64,000 nt of DNA, taken from contig CBDIID010000003.1 in assembly GCA_965279515.1 (NCBI GenBank), forward strand, positions 2,912,001 through 2,976,000, read 5' to 3'. The position numbers were made by a program, and so were the translations under genes. The notes beneath the pieces are model-generated. The model was not told the DNA's origin. It made no database searches and saw only the letters and a list, made by a program, of their open reading frames with translations. This stretch comes from Turneriella sp. (GTDB taxonomy: Bacteria; Spirochaetota; Leptospiria; Turneriellales; Turneriellaceae). Each line of letters starts with the position of its first letter. The first letter of the stretch is position 1. This document shows positions 1-9,891 of the stretch, piece by piece.

Positions 1-235
1 TGACAATGACGTTATAGAGAAAGTCGACGCCCATGCCGCCATACTCTTCGGGAAAATTCGGGCAGATCATGCCGAGCTTGCCGGCCTTTTCCCAAACGTC
101 GCGGGTAACCTCACCGGCTTTTTCCCACTCTTCGTGGCGCGGCACGCAATCCTTCGCGATAAAATCCGCAACCATTTCACGGAACTGGTTGTGTTCCTCT
201 GTAAAGGGTAATAAACGAGACAGTCTTTTGACCAT
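1..235 (-). CDS. Acyl-CoA dehydrogenase, N-terminal part (runs off the window start)
   Basis: Manual translation from ATG at 235 gives MVKRLSRLLPFTEEHNQFREMVADFIAKDCVPRHEEWEKAGEVTRDVWEKAGKLGMICPNFPEEYGGMG, a typical ACAD N-terminus (PEEYGG). AGGAG RBS upstream. Not in the ORF track. Confidence 0.9.
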   Translation of the reverse strand, partial: MVKRLSRLLPFTEEHNQFREMVADFIAKDCVPRHEEWEKAGEVTRDVWEKAGKLGMICPNFPEEYGGMGVDFLYNVIV

Positions 236-346
236 AGCTTTCTCCTTGGCGGCAGGCAGACAAGCTGCTTCCCGGGTTTTTGTAGCATTCGTTACAACGA
301 CGCTAAAAGACTCTAAGGGGGATTGCGACATTGCGTAAATGTTTTT

Positions 347-440
347 GGGCATCACGGGCGTCCCCTTCGGGTCGGGCCACTCCGGGCTGCGCTCACGCTC
401 CGGCCCTTCGGGCCATGCCCTGCGTGTCCCTGACGCACCC
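347..440. repeat. Structured intergenic element (multi-hairpin, REP/MITE- or sRNA-like)
   Basis: GGCCC-TTCG-GGCC hairpin (402-414), a second CC-TTCG-GG loop (364-371), GGGCAT(347-352)/ATGCCC(415-420) closing stem, TGCGT/ACGCA stem (421-437). Confidence 0.5.
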
Positions 441-496
441 CTTGGGACGAATTTGCCTTCGACTCTTCCAGAACCTTGTCGATATTATGAAGGCAA

Positions 497-1783
497 ATGC
501 TACGTTTTTCCATAGCCATGTTATTAACTATAATGGCCGCCCCCACCCTTTCCGCCGAGGTCTATCCCCTCACGCTCTACCGCAGCTACAGCGACATGCA
601 GGCGGTGCCGGCGCTGATGATCGGCAAGATCAATACCAAGGGTACCGATAACTCGATACCGCCCCGCCAGATTTTGGGCTATGATGCCCGCCTTTCGGTG
701 GTGAGCGCGTCGATCGACGATGCCGCGAAAATTTATCCGGGCATGAAGGTCTTCATTGTAAAACGCGAGCGCGACCATACACGCAACCAGGCTGCCCTCA
801 TTGTCGCCGAAGGTGAAATCGATTCGATCGCAGAGACGGTGTTCTCGGGGCGGGTCGCGCAGATCCGCGGTCAGTTCTCTATGGTTTCCCGCCAGCATTT
901 TATCGCCGTGCCGCAGGCTTCGACGCGGCCGAGCGCCGACACGCGCGACGCGCAGGACTACCTGCTCGAGGCAGAACGCCACCGCCATGAAAAGGATTTC
1001 GCCCGCTCAGCACAGAAGCTGCAGCATGCCCGCGAACTCGAACCTAATAACCCACTGGTGAACCTGCGCTACGCAGAACTTGCTCTCGCCAATGCTGCCG
1101 ATGAAAAGGCCCGGGCCGCGTTAAAGAAAGCTTTCAACGACCGCCGCCGCCTCGAAGATGTGAATGAATTTATTAAGCTGGGTGGGCTCTACCTCACCGC
1201 TGAGGTCGCTGTCTTGCCCGCGCAGAACCGCGAGCTGCTCAAGACCGGGGCCGCCTTGCTCACCTCGATGCGGCAGTTTGAGAAAGACCTGGGCCAGTAC
1301 GGCAAAGACCTATCGCCGCCGAAATCATCGACGATGCGCCTGAAGGGCAGCCGCTTTTCAGCGGCCTACCATTTGAGCTATGGCCAGCTTTTGCGTGCGA
1401 TTGCCGGTGCGCTCAAAGAGTATAATCCCGAAGCCGTTGCAAAGATGCTCGAGTATGCTGAGCGCGACGCGCTCTATGCGCCGATAGAAACGCGGGTAGC
1501 GCGCGAGCGCGTGCTGGCGCTGCCGCGCAAAATGTGGGACCGCGCCTACATCGACGCCGCGATCACACACTTTGAGATTGCATTGCGTAAAGATCGCCAC
1601 AGCGAAGCGGCGTTCGAACTGATCGAGCTCTGCGATAACCAGTGGGATTTCTCCGATGGTAACCGCCGGCAATACCTCAAAGAACTTGTCGCGAAATACG
1701 CACCGGCATATCTCGAATCGGCGCATGAAGATCAGCGCATGAGCCGCGTACGCCGCGCACTGAACAAAGTCAACCAGGTCTGA
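497..1783 (+). CDS. Exported TPR-containing hypothetical protein
   Basis: 428-aa ORF with signal peptide and TPR-like helices (ARELEPNNPLVNLRYAELAL). Confidence 0.7.
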   Translation: MLRFSIAMLLTIMAAPTLSAEVYPLTLYRSYSDMQAVPALMIGKINTKGTDNSIPPRQILGYDARLSVVSASIDDAAKIYPGMKVFIVKRERDHTRNQAALIVAEGEIDSIAETVFSGRVAQIRGQFSMVSRQHFIAVPQASTRPSADTRDAQDYLLEAERHRHEKDFARSAQKLQHARELEPNNPLVNLRYAELALANAADEKARAALKKAFNDRRRLEDVNEFIKLGGLYLTAEVAVLPAQNRELLKTGAALLTSMRQFEKDLGQYGKDLSPPKSSTMRLKGSRFSAAYHLSYGQLLRAIAGALKEYNPEAVAKMLEYAERDALYAPIETRVARERVLALPRKMWDRAYIDAAITHFEIALRKDRHSEAAFELIELCDNQWDFSDGNRRQYLKELVAKYAPAYLESAHEDQRMSRVRRALNKVNQV

Positions 1784-2583
1784 TAACGCGCCGCACGCCG
1801 CGTGTTGCCGTGCTTGGCGGCACCCATCGCCAACATGCGGCTCTTTCTTTCCGCTTCTTTTAAAAGCGGCTGCATGTACTCCGCCATGGCTGCACTACGG
1901 CGTATCTGCCGGTAAAATCGGTGGAGCGCCAACACGCGAAAGCGGTCAATTTCAGGCGTTGCTGAGGATTGCACCCAGGCACCTGTGCGCTTGATGGCCA
2001 AGGGTTCTTCGAGAAAGCCGACAGGTGCATCGGCCAAAAGACGCAGCCACAATTCGAAATCCTGGCAGAGCCGAAAGGCTGGTGCGAAGCCTGAATGGCT
2101 TTCAAAAAAATCGCGGCGCATCATTACGGCGGATGTCGCAATCAGGCAACGCTCAAACGCCCGCAGTAAAAACTGACCGCCTTGCTTGCGATGCTCTGAA
2201 CGTTGTTTAACCTCCACATCGCCGCGTAGCCAGATCTCGTTGGTATGCAGCCACTGGCATTCGGGATTGGCTTCCAGATAGGTGACTTGCCTCGCTAGTT
2301 TCTCAGAATGCCAGAGGTCGTCGCTGTCGAGAAACGCAACAAGGGACGATGAACCCGCGGCGACACCGTGGTTGCGCGCCGGGCCCGATCCGCCATTCTT
2401 CTCTAAACGTAAAACCTGAACCCGCGGATCTGAAACCGGCAGATGCGGTTCGAGTGGTTCGGGACTGGCATCGTCGACAATAAACAGCCGAAGCTCAGTA
2501 TACGTCTGATTCAGAACACTGGCAATCGCTTCCCTTAAGAGATCGACTCTGCCATAGGCGGGAATGACGACGTCGACGGTCAT
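1732..2583 (-). CDS. Glycosyltransferase family 2
   Basis: VVIPAY, IVDDAS, ARNHG, AFLDSDD and QDFELWLR GT-A motifs. Confidence 0.92.
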   Translation of the reverse strand: MTVDVVIPAYGRVDLLREAIASVLNQTYTELRLFIVDDASPEPLEPHLPVSDPRVQVLRLEKNGGSGPARNHGVAAGSSSLVAFLDSDDLWHSEKLARQVTYLEANPECQWLHTNEIWLRGDVEVKQRSEHRKQGGQFLLRAFERCLIATSAVMMRRDFFESHSGFAPAFRLCQDFELWLRLLADAPVGFLEEPLAIKRTGAWVQSSATPEIDRFRVLALHRFYRQIRRSAAMAEYMQPLLKEAERKSRMLAMGAAKHGNTRRAARYQTWLTLFSARRTRLMR

Positions 2584-3746
2584 CGGTGACGGCGATAGAA
2601 AAAGAAATCGTCTTCGCCCAGTTCAGCCTCTTCCATGAGCTGATATCCTTGTGGCGTGCCCGAGCCGATAGCGGCGCTGAAGCTGTTACCGCGGCCCGGT
2701 TTGCCCCACAGGTCTGCCGCTGTCTTGTGGCGCGACCGGTAAATGGCCGCGGCATCGACGAAATCATGCTGCAGCAAAAGTTCGGAAAAACCCGGGCCTG
2801 CCTCTATCAAAATGCTGTTAAAACCTGAGTCGAGGATCTCCCTAAGTAGCGTATGCATAGCCCGGGGGAAATCCGCCTTCCATACTTCGGGCAAAAACGC
2901 AAAGACCTTGAAGTTTGTGTCTATGCTGGTCTGCATGTTATGGAACTCGCCGCGCTGCAGTGCATTCATCGCTGCGGCGAGAAAACCCCGGGCCGCGGGC
3001 TTTATCTGCGTTGCTCCGGCGAGAGCGGGCTGGCTGAGCAACATAGTTTGAAAAAAGAACGAAAGATTTGTATGCCGAAGGTCAGGGACCGCGCTGTCAA
3101 ATCGCACATTGAGGCGAGGTTTGTCCGCGGCGACCACACCCGGCGTTGCCAGCGTAAATTTATGGTAGTTGCGCAGGGCCGCCGTGATGAACGCAGTCTC
3201 TTTGCCGCTGATGGCTCCGGACGGGCCTGTGGCTGGCGCCAGGGCACCGTCATGCGTCTGCGCCCACTTCAGGGTGATGCGGGGCCGCTGATGCTCCCGT
3301 GCGAAAAAGAACGGACCCGTGGTGAACCACGCTTCCGTAACGAAAGCCGCCGGCTCCAGCAGGGAGACATCCACCCCATGATCTTTGAGTATCTGCACAG
3401 ATCGCCCCATGACTTCCGCCGCAAAGTCGCGTTCAGCGATCACCACCCGCTTGAGCTTGCGTTCGATGATGGCATCCACGCACGGTGGCGTGCGGCCATG
3501 GTGGCAACAGGGTTCCAGGGTAACGTAGAGTGTTGCGCCGGAGAGGTCAGCGTCAGGAATCTGGTTCAGCGCGTGGCGTTCGGCATGCGCATAGCCTGCG
3601 CGCTGGGTTGTCCCGCGTGCAATAATCTCACCGGACGCAGAAACAATAACCGCACCCACGGCAGGGTTGGGATCTGAATTGCCGATGGCAGGCAGAGCCG
3701 CGCGGTAGGCCTCGCGCGTGAAGTCTGTGTCTTTGTCTGCGCTCAC
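2580..3746 (-). CDS. ribD: Riboflavin biosynthesis deaminase/reductase RibD
   Basis: PNPAVGAVIV, HAE, TLEPCCHHGRTPPC, LKWAQTHDG and ILIEAG motifs. Confidence 0.93.
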   Translation of the reverse strand: MSADKDTDFTREAYRAALPAIGNSDPNPAVGAVIVSASGEIIARGTTQRAGYAHAERHALNQIPDADLSGATLYVTLEPCCHHGRTPPCVDAIIERKLKRVVIAERDFAAEVMGRSVQILKDHGVDVSLLEPAAFVTEAWFTTGPFFFAREHQRPRITLKWAQTHDGALAPATGPSGAISGKETAFITAALRNYHKFTLATPGVVAADKPRLNVRFDSAVPDLRHTNLSFFFQTMLLSQPALAGATQIKPAARGFLAAAMNALQRGEFHNMQTSIDTNFKVFAFLPEVWKADFPRAMHTLLREILDSGFNSILIEAGPGFSELLLQHDFVDAAAIYRSRHKTAADLWGKPGRGNSFSAAIGSGTPQGYQLMEEAELGEDDFFFYRRHR

Positions 3747-4207
3747 GGCGCGGTGAGGCCCGGCGTGTCGGTCGTGATGCTTGCCAGGGCTAAAAGAAAA
3801 ATAACGCCGTCGTCGCCGTCGAGGTGCGCAACACCGCGGATTGAGGTGCGTGTGCCGCCGTTGGCAAAATCGGGGTTCTCTTCTACATTCTTACCCGGGA
3901 TAAAAACCACGCGTTCGACCGAGTCGCAGACGATGCCGGTAAGTTTGCCAGCAGCGCTCGTAACGATGATGCGGGTTTCCGGTGTCACCTCGGCAGACTC
4001 GAGCGAGAACTTTTCCCGCAGGCCGACGACGGGAATAATCTGTCCCCTCAGGTTGATGACACCCAGTACGTGTGCAGGCGCGTGCGGAATTTTGCGCGGT
4101 TCCTGGTAACGCAAAACTTCCTGGGTTTCACCGATCTCAACGGCATAGGTCTCTACGCCGATTTTGAATAGAACGAATTGAACCCCGCGCGCGTCGACTG
4201 TACTCAC
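3743..4207 (-). CDS. cheW: Chemotaxis coupling protein CheW
   Basis: IPHAPAHVLGVINLRGQIIPVV signature. Confidence 0.93.
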   Translation of the reverse strand: MSTVDARGVQFVLFKIGVETYAVEIGETQEVLRYQEPRKIPHAPAHVLGVINLRGQIIPVVGLREKFSLESAEVTPETRIIVTSAAGKLTGIVCDSVERVVFIPGKNVEENPDFANGGTRTSIRGVAHLDGDDGVIFLLALASITTDTPGLTAP

Positions 4208-4213
4208 TTTAGG

Positions 4214-4795
4214 TCAGATGCGGTTTTCACGCCGCGGGCGATCGGGCAGGCCGCCCTTTTCGCGTCCATCGCGTTTGTGGAAGTAATAGAGAACCAGACC
4301 GACCGTTACCAGAAAATTCAGGAATACCCAGAGAAAACTCAGGGCATGGTAGAAGCCATAGGCGATCAACGACTGGGCAGCCATGATACTCGACAAAGCA
4401 AAGAAAAACGTCAGATCGTTTTCAATAAATTTGCGAATGAAGGATGGCCACTGCATTTCATCCGCCTTGTCTTTGAGGTAGGGCTGGCCGATGAACCACA
4501 GTGCGGGCAGAATCGCCGAGTGAAAAAACGCGCTCTCATAGTGTTCGCCATAAACACCGCCGGTATAGCTGAGAAGATAGCCGATGAGTGCACCCGCCAC
4601 GGCGCCGGCATAACCCGTTGCCGGGTCGGCGCTGATCAGGCGTTGCCATTCGTTGACGATAAAATTATGCGCGTGGATCAGCTCTTCACGGGGATACTCC
4701 CGCCGCCCGTCGTTCAGAAGCCTGCGGTAATAGTTCAGGAGTAAAATCAGGGCCGCTGTGATAGCGAGCGCGATGATCGACGCGACAAATTCCAT
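4214..4795 (-). CDS. Hypothetical multi-pass membrane protein
   Basis: Several hydrophobic segments; ATG at 4795 (MEFVASII) preferred as start; in an operon with cheW-ribD-GT2. Confidence 0.65.
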   Translation of the reverse strand: MEFVASIIALAITAALILLLNYYRRLLNDGRREYPREELIHAHNFIVNEWQRLISADPATGYAGAVAGALIGYLLSYTGGVYGEHYESAFFHSAILPALWFIGQPYLKDKADEMQWPSFIRKFIENDLTFFFALSSIMAAQSLIAYGFYHALSFLWVFLNFLVTVGLVLYYFHKRDGREKGGLPDRPRRENRI

Positions 4796-4891
4796 AAACC
4801 ACTTTGGAGTCAATCGGCAGCGATTCAATCAAAATTCAATATCGGCCCAAAATCACTTGCCGCAGCCAACCGCCACGCAACCGAGGCGCAT

Positions 4892-5230
4892 ATGATGAAG
4901 ACGCGGCGTATAGTTTCCCTGGCTCTTTGGACGGGCATATTGCTGTTTTTAATGACGGGAACACTGGCAGCGAGCCCTGCTCCCTCAGCGGCCGAAGCCT
5001 CCAAACTCATTGCCTCGGCGGTCAGCATCCGCAAGTTCGCCGGCGCCCCGGTAGACAGCGTTCTGCTCACTGACCCGGAGAAAAAGGGCGGCGTATACCA
5101 GTATCGCGGTGAGTTCAGCGTCGCCAAAACGGGTAAAAAGATCAGCTGCGAAGATTGGACCTTTGCCCTCGAGCTCAAACACGGCGGCTGGAGCGTCGGC
5201 GAGATTGTCCGCGGGCGCTGTAACGACTAA
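4892..5230 (+). CDS. Small exported hypothetical protein
   Basis: Signal peptide and two Cys; the stop overlaps the next start (TAATG). Confidence 0.6.
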   Translation: MMKTRRIVSLALWTGILLFLMTGTLAASPAPSAAEASKLIASAVSIRKFAGAPVDSVLLTDPEKKGGVYQYRGEFSVAKTGKKISCEDWTFALELKHGGWSVGEIVRGRCND

Positions 5231-6522
5231 TGCGTTCCCCACAAATACACCGTTCACGCCTGTCGCCGGTAGCTTTCTTTATCCTGCTGATCACGCTCAC
5301 GGTAGGTTGTTCAAAACTTGTTTACGAGCATAACGAGGGCAAACTTTCGCGTGGGTCATTCCAGTTTCTCAAAGATGTCTATTACGCAGGGCAGTTTGAA
5401 GAAGAAGAGACGCCGGCCAAGCGCAACCAGGCGATTCTGAATGACCTGGCGGAGCTTGACGGCGCGGGTTCACTCGGCACAAAAAAGGGCCTCAAAAGCG
5501 ACCCCTCGTATCCGGAGTACATGTTTCGGCAAGAACATGCGCGCCATGGCAAAGCGGCTATTCTGCACTGGCAAAAGAAGTACAAAGATAAGTTCAACTG
5601 GCAGATGCTGTTTGCGGCCGAAAAACTCAGTTACGATGAAGCGAAATTTATAAAAACCTTCACCGACGCGGTCGCCACGGGCCGCCCTTATGAAAAGGTG
5701 GTAGTCGCCGAATTCGAGGGCAATCCTATTGAATACCGCGACCTGAAAACTGTCATGACAGTCTCAGACTATGAGCAATTTAAAGGTTTTACCAATGCGG
5801 CGATGACCGGGGCAATGAAAGAGACGCTCAAGTCGTGGCTCGAGAAGAAAATTCACGATCGCATGCTGAAAACCTATTTTGCCGATGAGCATGAGCTGCG
5901 CCGCTTTGACCATAACCGCGTCGCGGTACTTTTTCTCAAGGTAAAATACGGCAAAGCCGGCAAGGGGATTTACCCTGGCTCTATGGACAAGATCCCGTTA
6001 AAGCCAACGGAAATTTACGACCACTTCCATAAGATGCAGAATGCATTGGCGGATGTCCTCTGGGTGAAAGCCGCATACACCGTGGTCGCCGAAGAGAATC
6101 TCGGTGAAGAGTTACTCGCTAAGCTCAATAAAGGCGCCGATTTTGAAAAAATCGTCGATAAATATGCTTCAGCGCCGAAATTCATCCGCACCGCGAAGCC
6201 GACCGTGATTCAGGGTTATGACCGCAAAAAGAGCGTCGATGAGCGCGAGAAACGCGAATATTATGAGCGCCTGATTCTCGACATGGCCAGCCGCGATGTC
6301 ACCAAACCCGAACCCTATCTGGGGAAAGAAGGCATTGTCATTGTCCGTATCTATGAGGTTTCGCGTGCGCTCGAAAAGATCAAACTGCTGGATGTCTCGT
6401 GGAAAGTTGAAAATGATCTGCGGACAAAGATGCTGAATCAGGTCTATGAGCCTGATATCCGCGATGCCCGCGACGCACTGAAGTTCAAATATAACGACCG
6501 TCTGATCAGAAACCTGCAATAG
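5230..6522 (+). CDS. Lipoprotein, possible SurA/PpiC-like foldase
   Basis: Lipobox-like LTVGC; LLAKLNKGADFEKIVDKYA resembles the parvulin/rotamase segment. Confidence 0.6.
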   Translation: MRSPQIHRSRLSPVAFFILLITLTVGCSKLVYEHNEGKLSRGSFQFLKDVYYAGQFEEEETPAKRNQAILNDLAELDGAGSLGTKKGLKSDPSYPEYMFRQEHARHGKAAILHWQKKYKDKFNWQMLFAAEKLSYDEAKFIKTFTDAVATGRPYEKVVVAEFEGNPIEYRDLKTVMTVSDYEQFKGFTNAAMTGAMKETLKSWLEKKIHDRMLKTYFADEHELRRFDHNRVAVLFLKVKYGKAGKGIYPGSMDKIPLKPTEIYDHFHKMQNALADVLWVKAAYTVVAEENLGEELLAKLNKGADFEKIVDKYASAPKFIRTAKPTVIQGYDRKKSVDEREKREYYERLILDMASRDVTKPEPYLGKEGIVIVRIYEVSRALEKIKLLDVSWKVENDLRTKMLNQVYEPDIRDARDALKFKYNDRLIRNLQ

Positions 6523-6525
6523 CAA

Positions 6526-6556
6526 TAAAAAAGGCCGGCAAGCCGGCCCCTTTTGT
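6526..6556. terminator. Probable bidirectional intrinsic terminator
   Basis: AAAAAA-GGCCGGC-AA-GCCGGCC-CC-TTTT between convergent genes. Confidence 0.75.
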
Positions 6557-6573
6557 TCTCCGTGTAACCCGGA

Positions 6574-7101
6574 TCAGCGCTTGCTGAACTGGGTTGCGCG
6601 GCGTGCTTTGTGGAGACCGTATTTCTTACGTTCAACCATACGCGGATCGCGTTTCAGAAGACCCGCGGCCTTCAGCTTTGAATGCTGTGCGTTGTCGTTC
6701 TGGTCGATGCTGCGTGCGATACCCAGTGATATGGCTTGCGCCTGACCCTGGATGCCACCACCGTATACCGATGCCTTTACGTCAAACTGGCCGGCTTTTT
6801 CTGTAACCACAAATGGTTCCAGAACAGCGGCACGCAGATCGGCGCGTGGGAAGTATTCGCTGATATCACGGTTGTTGATAGTGATTTTGCCCGAACCAGC
6901 CTTGAGCGACACACGTGCCACTGAAGTCTTACGGCGGCCGACAAATTGGTCGGTGTTCTTGCGGGTACGGCGGACCTGTGCTTTATCGTCGGTCGGTTTT
7001 TTGAGTGCAACCTTGCGGCGCGTCATCGATTCCGCGAGGGAAACGACGCCTTCGGGCTTGCGCTGCTCGCCGCGGTCTTGTCTGTCTTGTGGTTTTTCCA
7101 T
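6574..7101 (-). CDS. rpsI: 30S ribosomal protein S9 with N-terminal extension
   Basis: [46 protein letters not shown]. Confidence 0.97.
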   Translation of the reverse strand: MEKPQDRQDRGEQRKPEGVVSLAESMTRRKVALKKPTDDKAQVRRTRKNTDQFVGRRKTSVARVSLKAGSGKITINNRDISEYFPRADLRAAVLEPFVVTEKAGQFDVKASVYGGGIQGQAQAISLGIARSIDQNDNAQHSKLKAAGLLKRDPRMVERKKYGLHKARRATQFSKR

Positions 7102-7111
7102 TTAATTTACC

Positions 7112-7552
7112 TTATGCCGCTGCGGGCTTCTGGCCCTGCAGTGAGTGTTCCGCACCCGCGAATACACGTACGCGTGTCAGCAGTTTACGGCCATATTTCG
7201 TTTTCGGCAGCATGCCTTTAACAGTGAGGAGTACCGCACGGTCAGGCGCGATTTCCATCTGCTTTTTGTAAGGACGTGTCTTCATACCGCCATAATAACG
7301 GCTGTGCCAGATATATTCTTTCTGCTCGGCCTTTTTACCGCTCACTTTTACCTGTGAAGCGTTGATCACTACAACGTGGTCGCCGACCAGCTGACCTGGT
7401 TGGTAGTTGGGTTTGTTTTTGCCCATGAGAATGGTCGCTATCTGTGTGCTCAGGCGACCGAGGATTTTATCCTTGGCGTCGAGTACGACCCATTTATGTG
7501 TTAATTCGGCGCGCTTGGGAAAATGCGAACGCTGCCCTTTGAGAGGATCCAT
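7112..7552 (-). CDS. rplM: 50S ribosomal protein L13
   Basis: WVVLDAKDKILGRLST, GDHVVVINA, VKGMLPK; adjacent to rpsI. Confidence 0.97.
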   Translation of the reverse strand: MDPLKGQRSHFPKRAELTHKWVVLDAKDKILGRLSTQIATILMGKNKPNYQPGQLVGDHVVVINASQVKVSGKKAEQKEYIWHSRYYGGMKTRPYKKQMEIAPDRAVLLTVKGMLPKTKYGRKLLTRVRVFAGAEHSLQGQKPAAA

Positions 7553-7684
7553 CGGGTCAAAAAAGGGATTTCAGATACACCGTCGAGCAAAATGCACAGG
7601 TCAGGACAAAGCCCGGAGACAGTGCCATAACCTGCCATGCCCTGTCATGCGAAAAGTATTATGTCGCATCAGGGCGGGAAATCC

Positions 7685-9766
7685 TCAGATTTCGAATAAC
7701 CCGTACTGTTGGATCTTTTTGTCGAGCGTGACGCGGTTTAAACCCAGCGCTTCGGCGGTTTTACGCTTATTGAACTGGTTTTGGTTGAGTAAGATGCGGA
7801 TGACCTCTTTTTCAATGTTGCCCACGACCGACTCAAAGACCTCGCCCGAAGGGGTTTTGGCAATCTCTTCTTTCAGGTAGCCGCGCAATTCGAATGCCGC
7901 AGCGCCGCCGGGCGCCAGGGCGACTTCGGCTGTGACCACTGGCACGGCGTCGCCCAGCTGGATATCCACTGCGTCGACCTCGTTTTTGCTGTTGAGCACG
8001 ACCGCACGCTCCAGAATATTCTCGAGTTCGCGGATGTTCCCCGGAAAAGAATAGGTCTGCAATTTCGCGAAGGCGGCCTGCGTGAGGCCGGTGATCTTCT
8101 TGTGGTTGCGCTCACAGATTTTTTCGAGCAGATGCTGAATCAAAATCGCCAGGTCAGAGATACGTTCGCGCAGCGGCGGTATCGAAAGGCGCACCACGTT
8201 CAGGCGGTAGAAGAGGTCTTCGCGGAAGGTTTTCTCTTTCACAGCATTCTCGAGGTTGGCGTTCGTGGCCGCGATAATGCGGACATCCACCTTGATGACC
8301 TTGTTGCTGCCCAGGGGTGAAAATTCCTTTTCCTGTAATACGCGCAGCAACTTTGCCTGCAGTTTCAGATCGAGCTCGCCGATTTCGTCGAGGAACAGCG
8401 TACCTTTGTGTGCGGAAAGCACCTTGCCCTTGTAATCGTCAACGGCACCGGTAAATGCGCCCCGGGCATAGCCGAAAAGCTCGCTTTCGAGAAGATCCGC
8501 CGGTATTGCCGCACAGTTAATTTTCACCAGCGTATTCGCCGAACGCATGCTGTTCTGGTGTAGTGCGCTGGCAATGAGTTCCTTTCCCGTACCGGATTCG
8601 CCGGTAATCAGAACGGCACTCGCCGAGTCGGCAGCCATCTTCATACGCGCGAATAATTCCGTCATGCGGGGGTGGGCGCCGATGATGTTTTCGTATTCAA
8701 AGGTATTCTTGAGCTGGCGGCGCAAAATGATGTTTTCTTCTTTAACTTCGCGTGAACTCTGCTGCACCAATTTTTCAATCTGTAAGGCCTGGCCGAACAG
8801 CGATGAAAGTATCTGAGCAAGAAAAGCGTGGTCTTCGAATTTTGATTGCGACTGGAACTTAATTTCGGTATTAAAAACGCCGCGCGGCTCTCCGCCCTCA
8901 AAAAACGGCGCCGCGAAAAAGCTCACGATCTCTTCGTCTTCACGTTGGTGTCCGGTCTTATTGAGGAATTGATTGTCCTGGGAAATGTCGGCGACAGAAA
9001 TTGCCTTGCGGGCCTTAAAGGCCTTGCCGGTCACACCTTCGCCGGGAGAATAACGGCCCTTCGCGATTTCCTCCGAACTGTAGTTTAGCGAAGCCGCGAC
9101 CGACAAATCGTTGGTCACGGAATCATAGAGGTAGATCGCCGCGCGCCGCACGCCCAGCTTATCTGCTAAAATGCGGATGACTTCTTCGAAGAAAAGTTTT
9201 ACATCCGCATACTTGCCCAACACCCCGCTGATTTGGAGTAATACTTCCTGTAAGTGTGTCCGGTGGCTCAATGACTCGACCGAAGTCGTTGTGGTAAAAA
9301 TCTGCGCCGCGTATTCGGCCAGCATCTGCAGGTACTCTTCGTGGTCGGCGTTAAAAGCCTCGAGCCTTTTCGAATCGACCGAAATCACACCGAAGTTCTT
9401 ATTGCCGACCTTCAAAGGTACGGCCAGCTCAGAGCGGATGTCTTGCCGCACGGCGATGTAGTATTTATCCTGGGAGGTATCTCCCACATTGCGCAGCTTG
9501 CCTGTCACAATACAACGCCCCGTGACACCCTCACCGATCTTCAGTTTCACCGTTTTCGGGACGTCTTGCTCAAACCCGCGGAATGCCTTGATTTCGAGAA
9601 ACTTGCGCGATTCGTCCAAAATCGAGATCGTGCCGGAATCGGCCCCCGTAAATTCTACTGCCCTATCCAGAAGAGCGCTCAGGAGCTTGTCAGTGGAGTC
9701 CTGTGTTAGTAAAGAAAGCGTTACCTCATGCAGGGCAACCAAAGGGTTTGTAAAAGCATTTTGCAC
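7685..9766 (-). CDS. Sigma-54-dependent transcriptional activator (2x GAF, AAA+, Fis HTH)
   Basis: GESGTGKE, ESELFGYARGAFTGA, LFLDEIGE, FREDLFYRLNV, PGNIRELEN and a C-terminal HTH. Start uncertain (GTG 9766 or up to 9811). Confidence 0.93.
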   Translation of the reverse strand: MQNAFTNPLVALHEVTLSLLTQDSTDKLLSALLDRAVEFTGADSGTISILDESRKFLEIKAFRGFEQDVPKTVKLKIGEGVTGRCIVTGKLRNVGDTSQDKYYIAVRQDIRSELAVPLKVGNKNFGVISVDSKRLEAFNADHEEYLQMLAEYAAQIFTTTTSVESLSHRTHLQEVLLQISGVLGKYADVKLFFEEVIRILADKLGVRRAAIYLYDSVTNDLSVAASLNYSSEEIAKGRYSPGEGVTGKAFKARKAISVADISQDNQFLNKTGHQREDEEIVSFFAAPFFEGGEPRGVFNTEIKFQSQSKFEDHAFLAQILSSLFGQALQIEKLVQQSSREVKEENIILRRQLKNTFEYENIIGAHPRMTELFARMKMAADSASAVLITGESGTGKELIASALHQNSMRSANTLVKINCAAIPADLLESELFGYARGAFTGAVDDYKGKVLSAHKGTLFLDEIGELDLKLQAKLLRVLQEKEFSPLGSNKVIKVDVRIIAATNANLENAVKEKTFREDLFYRLNVVRLSIPPLRERISDLAILIQHLLEKICERNHKKITGLTQAAFAKLQTYSFPGNIRELENILERAVVLNSKNEVDAVDIQLGDAVPVVTAEVALAPGGAAAFELRGYLKEEIAKTPSGEVFESVVGNIEKEVIRILLNQNQFNKRKTAEALGLNRVTLDKKIQQYGLFEI

Positions 9767-9842
9767 CGCCCAGTGTCTGATTTTTAGACAAGTTGAAAAG
9801 AAAAGTAGCAAAAGGTGTATTGTCTGAACTTTCAGGTTTCGC

Positions 9843-9891
9843 GTGAGAAAATTTAGCCGTTTTTGGGTATTTCTATGGTAAGATGCAACAT
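9843..9891 (+). promoter_or_regulatory. Conserved upstream motif, copy 1
   Basis: GTGAGAAAA-N13-GGGTATTTCT-N3-GTAAGATGCAACAT; a near-identical arrangement lies at 55015-55064 (-). Confidence 0.6.

Noticed and set aside
2853..3677. Long antisense ORFs (also 20656-21504, 43661-44434, 47878-48510, 55106-55750, 59173-59793)
   Set aside because: Shadows of well-supported genes on the opposite strand in GC-rich DNA; no recognisable motifs.
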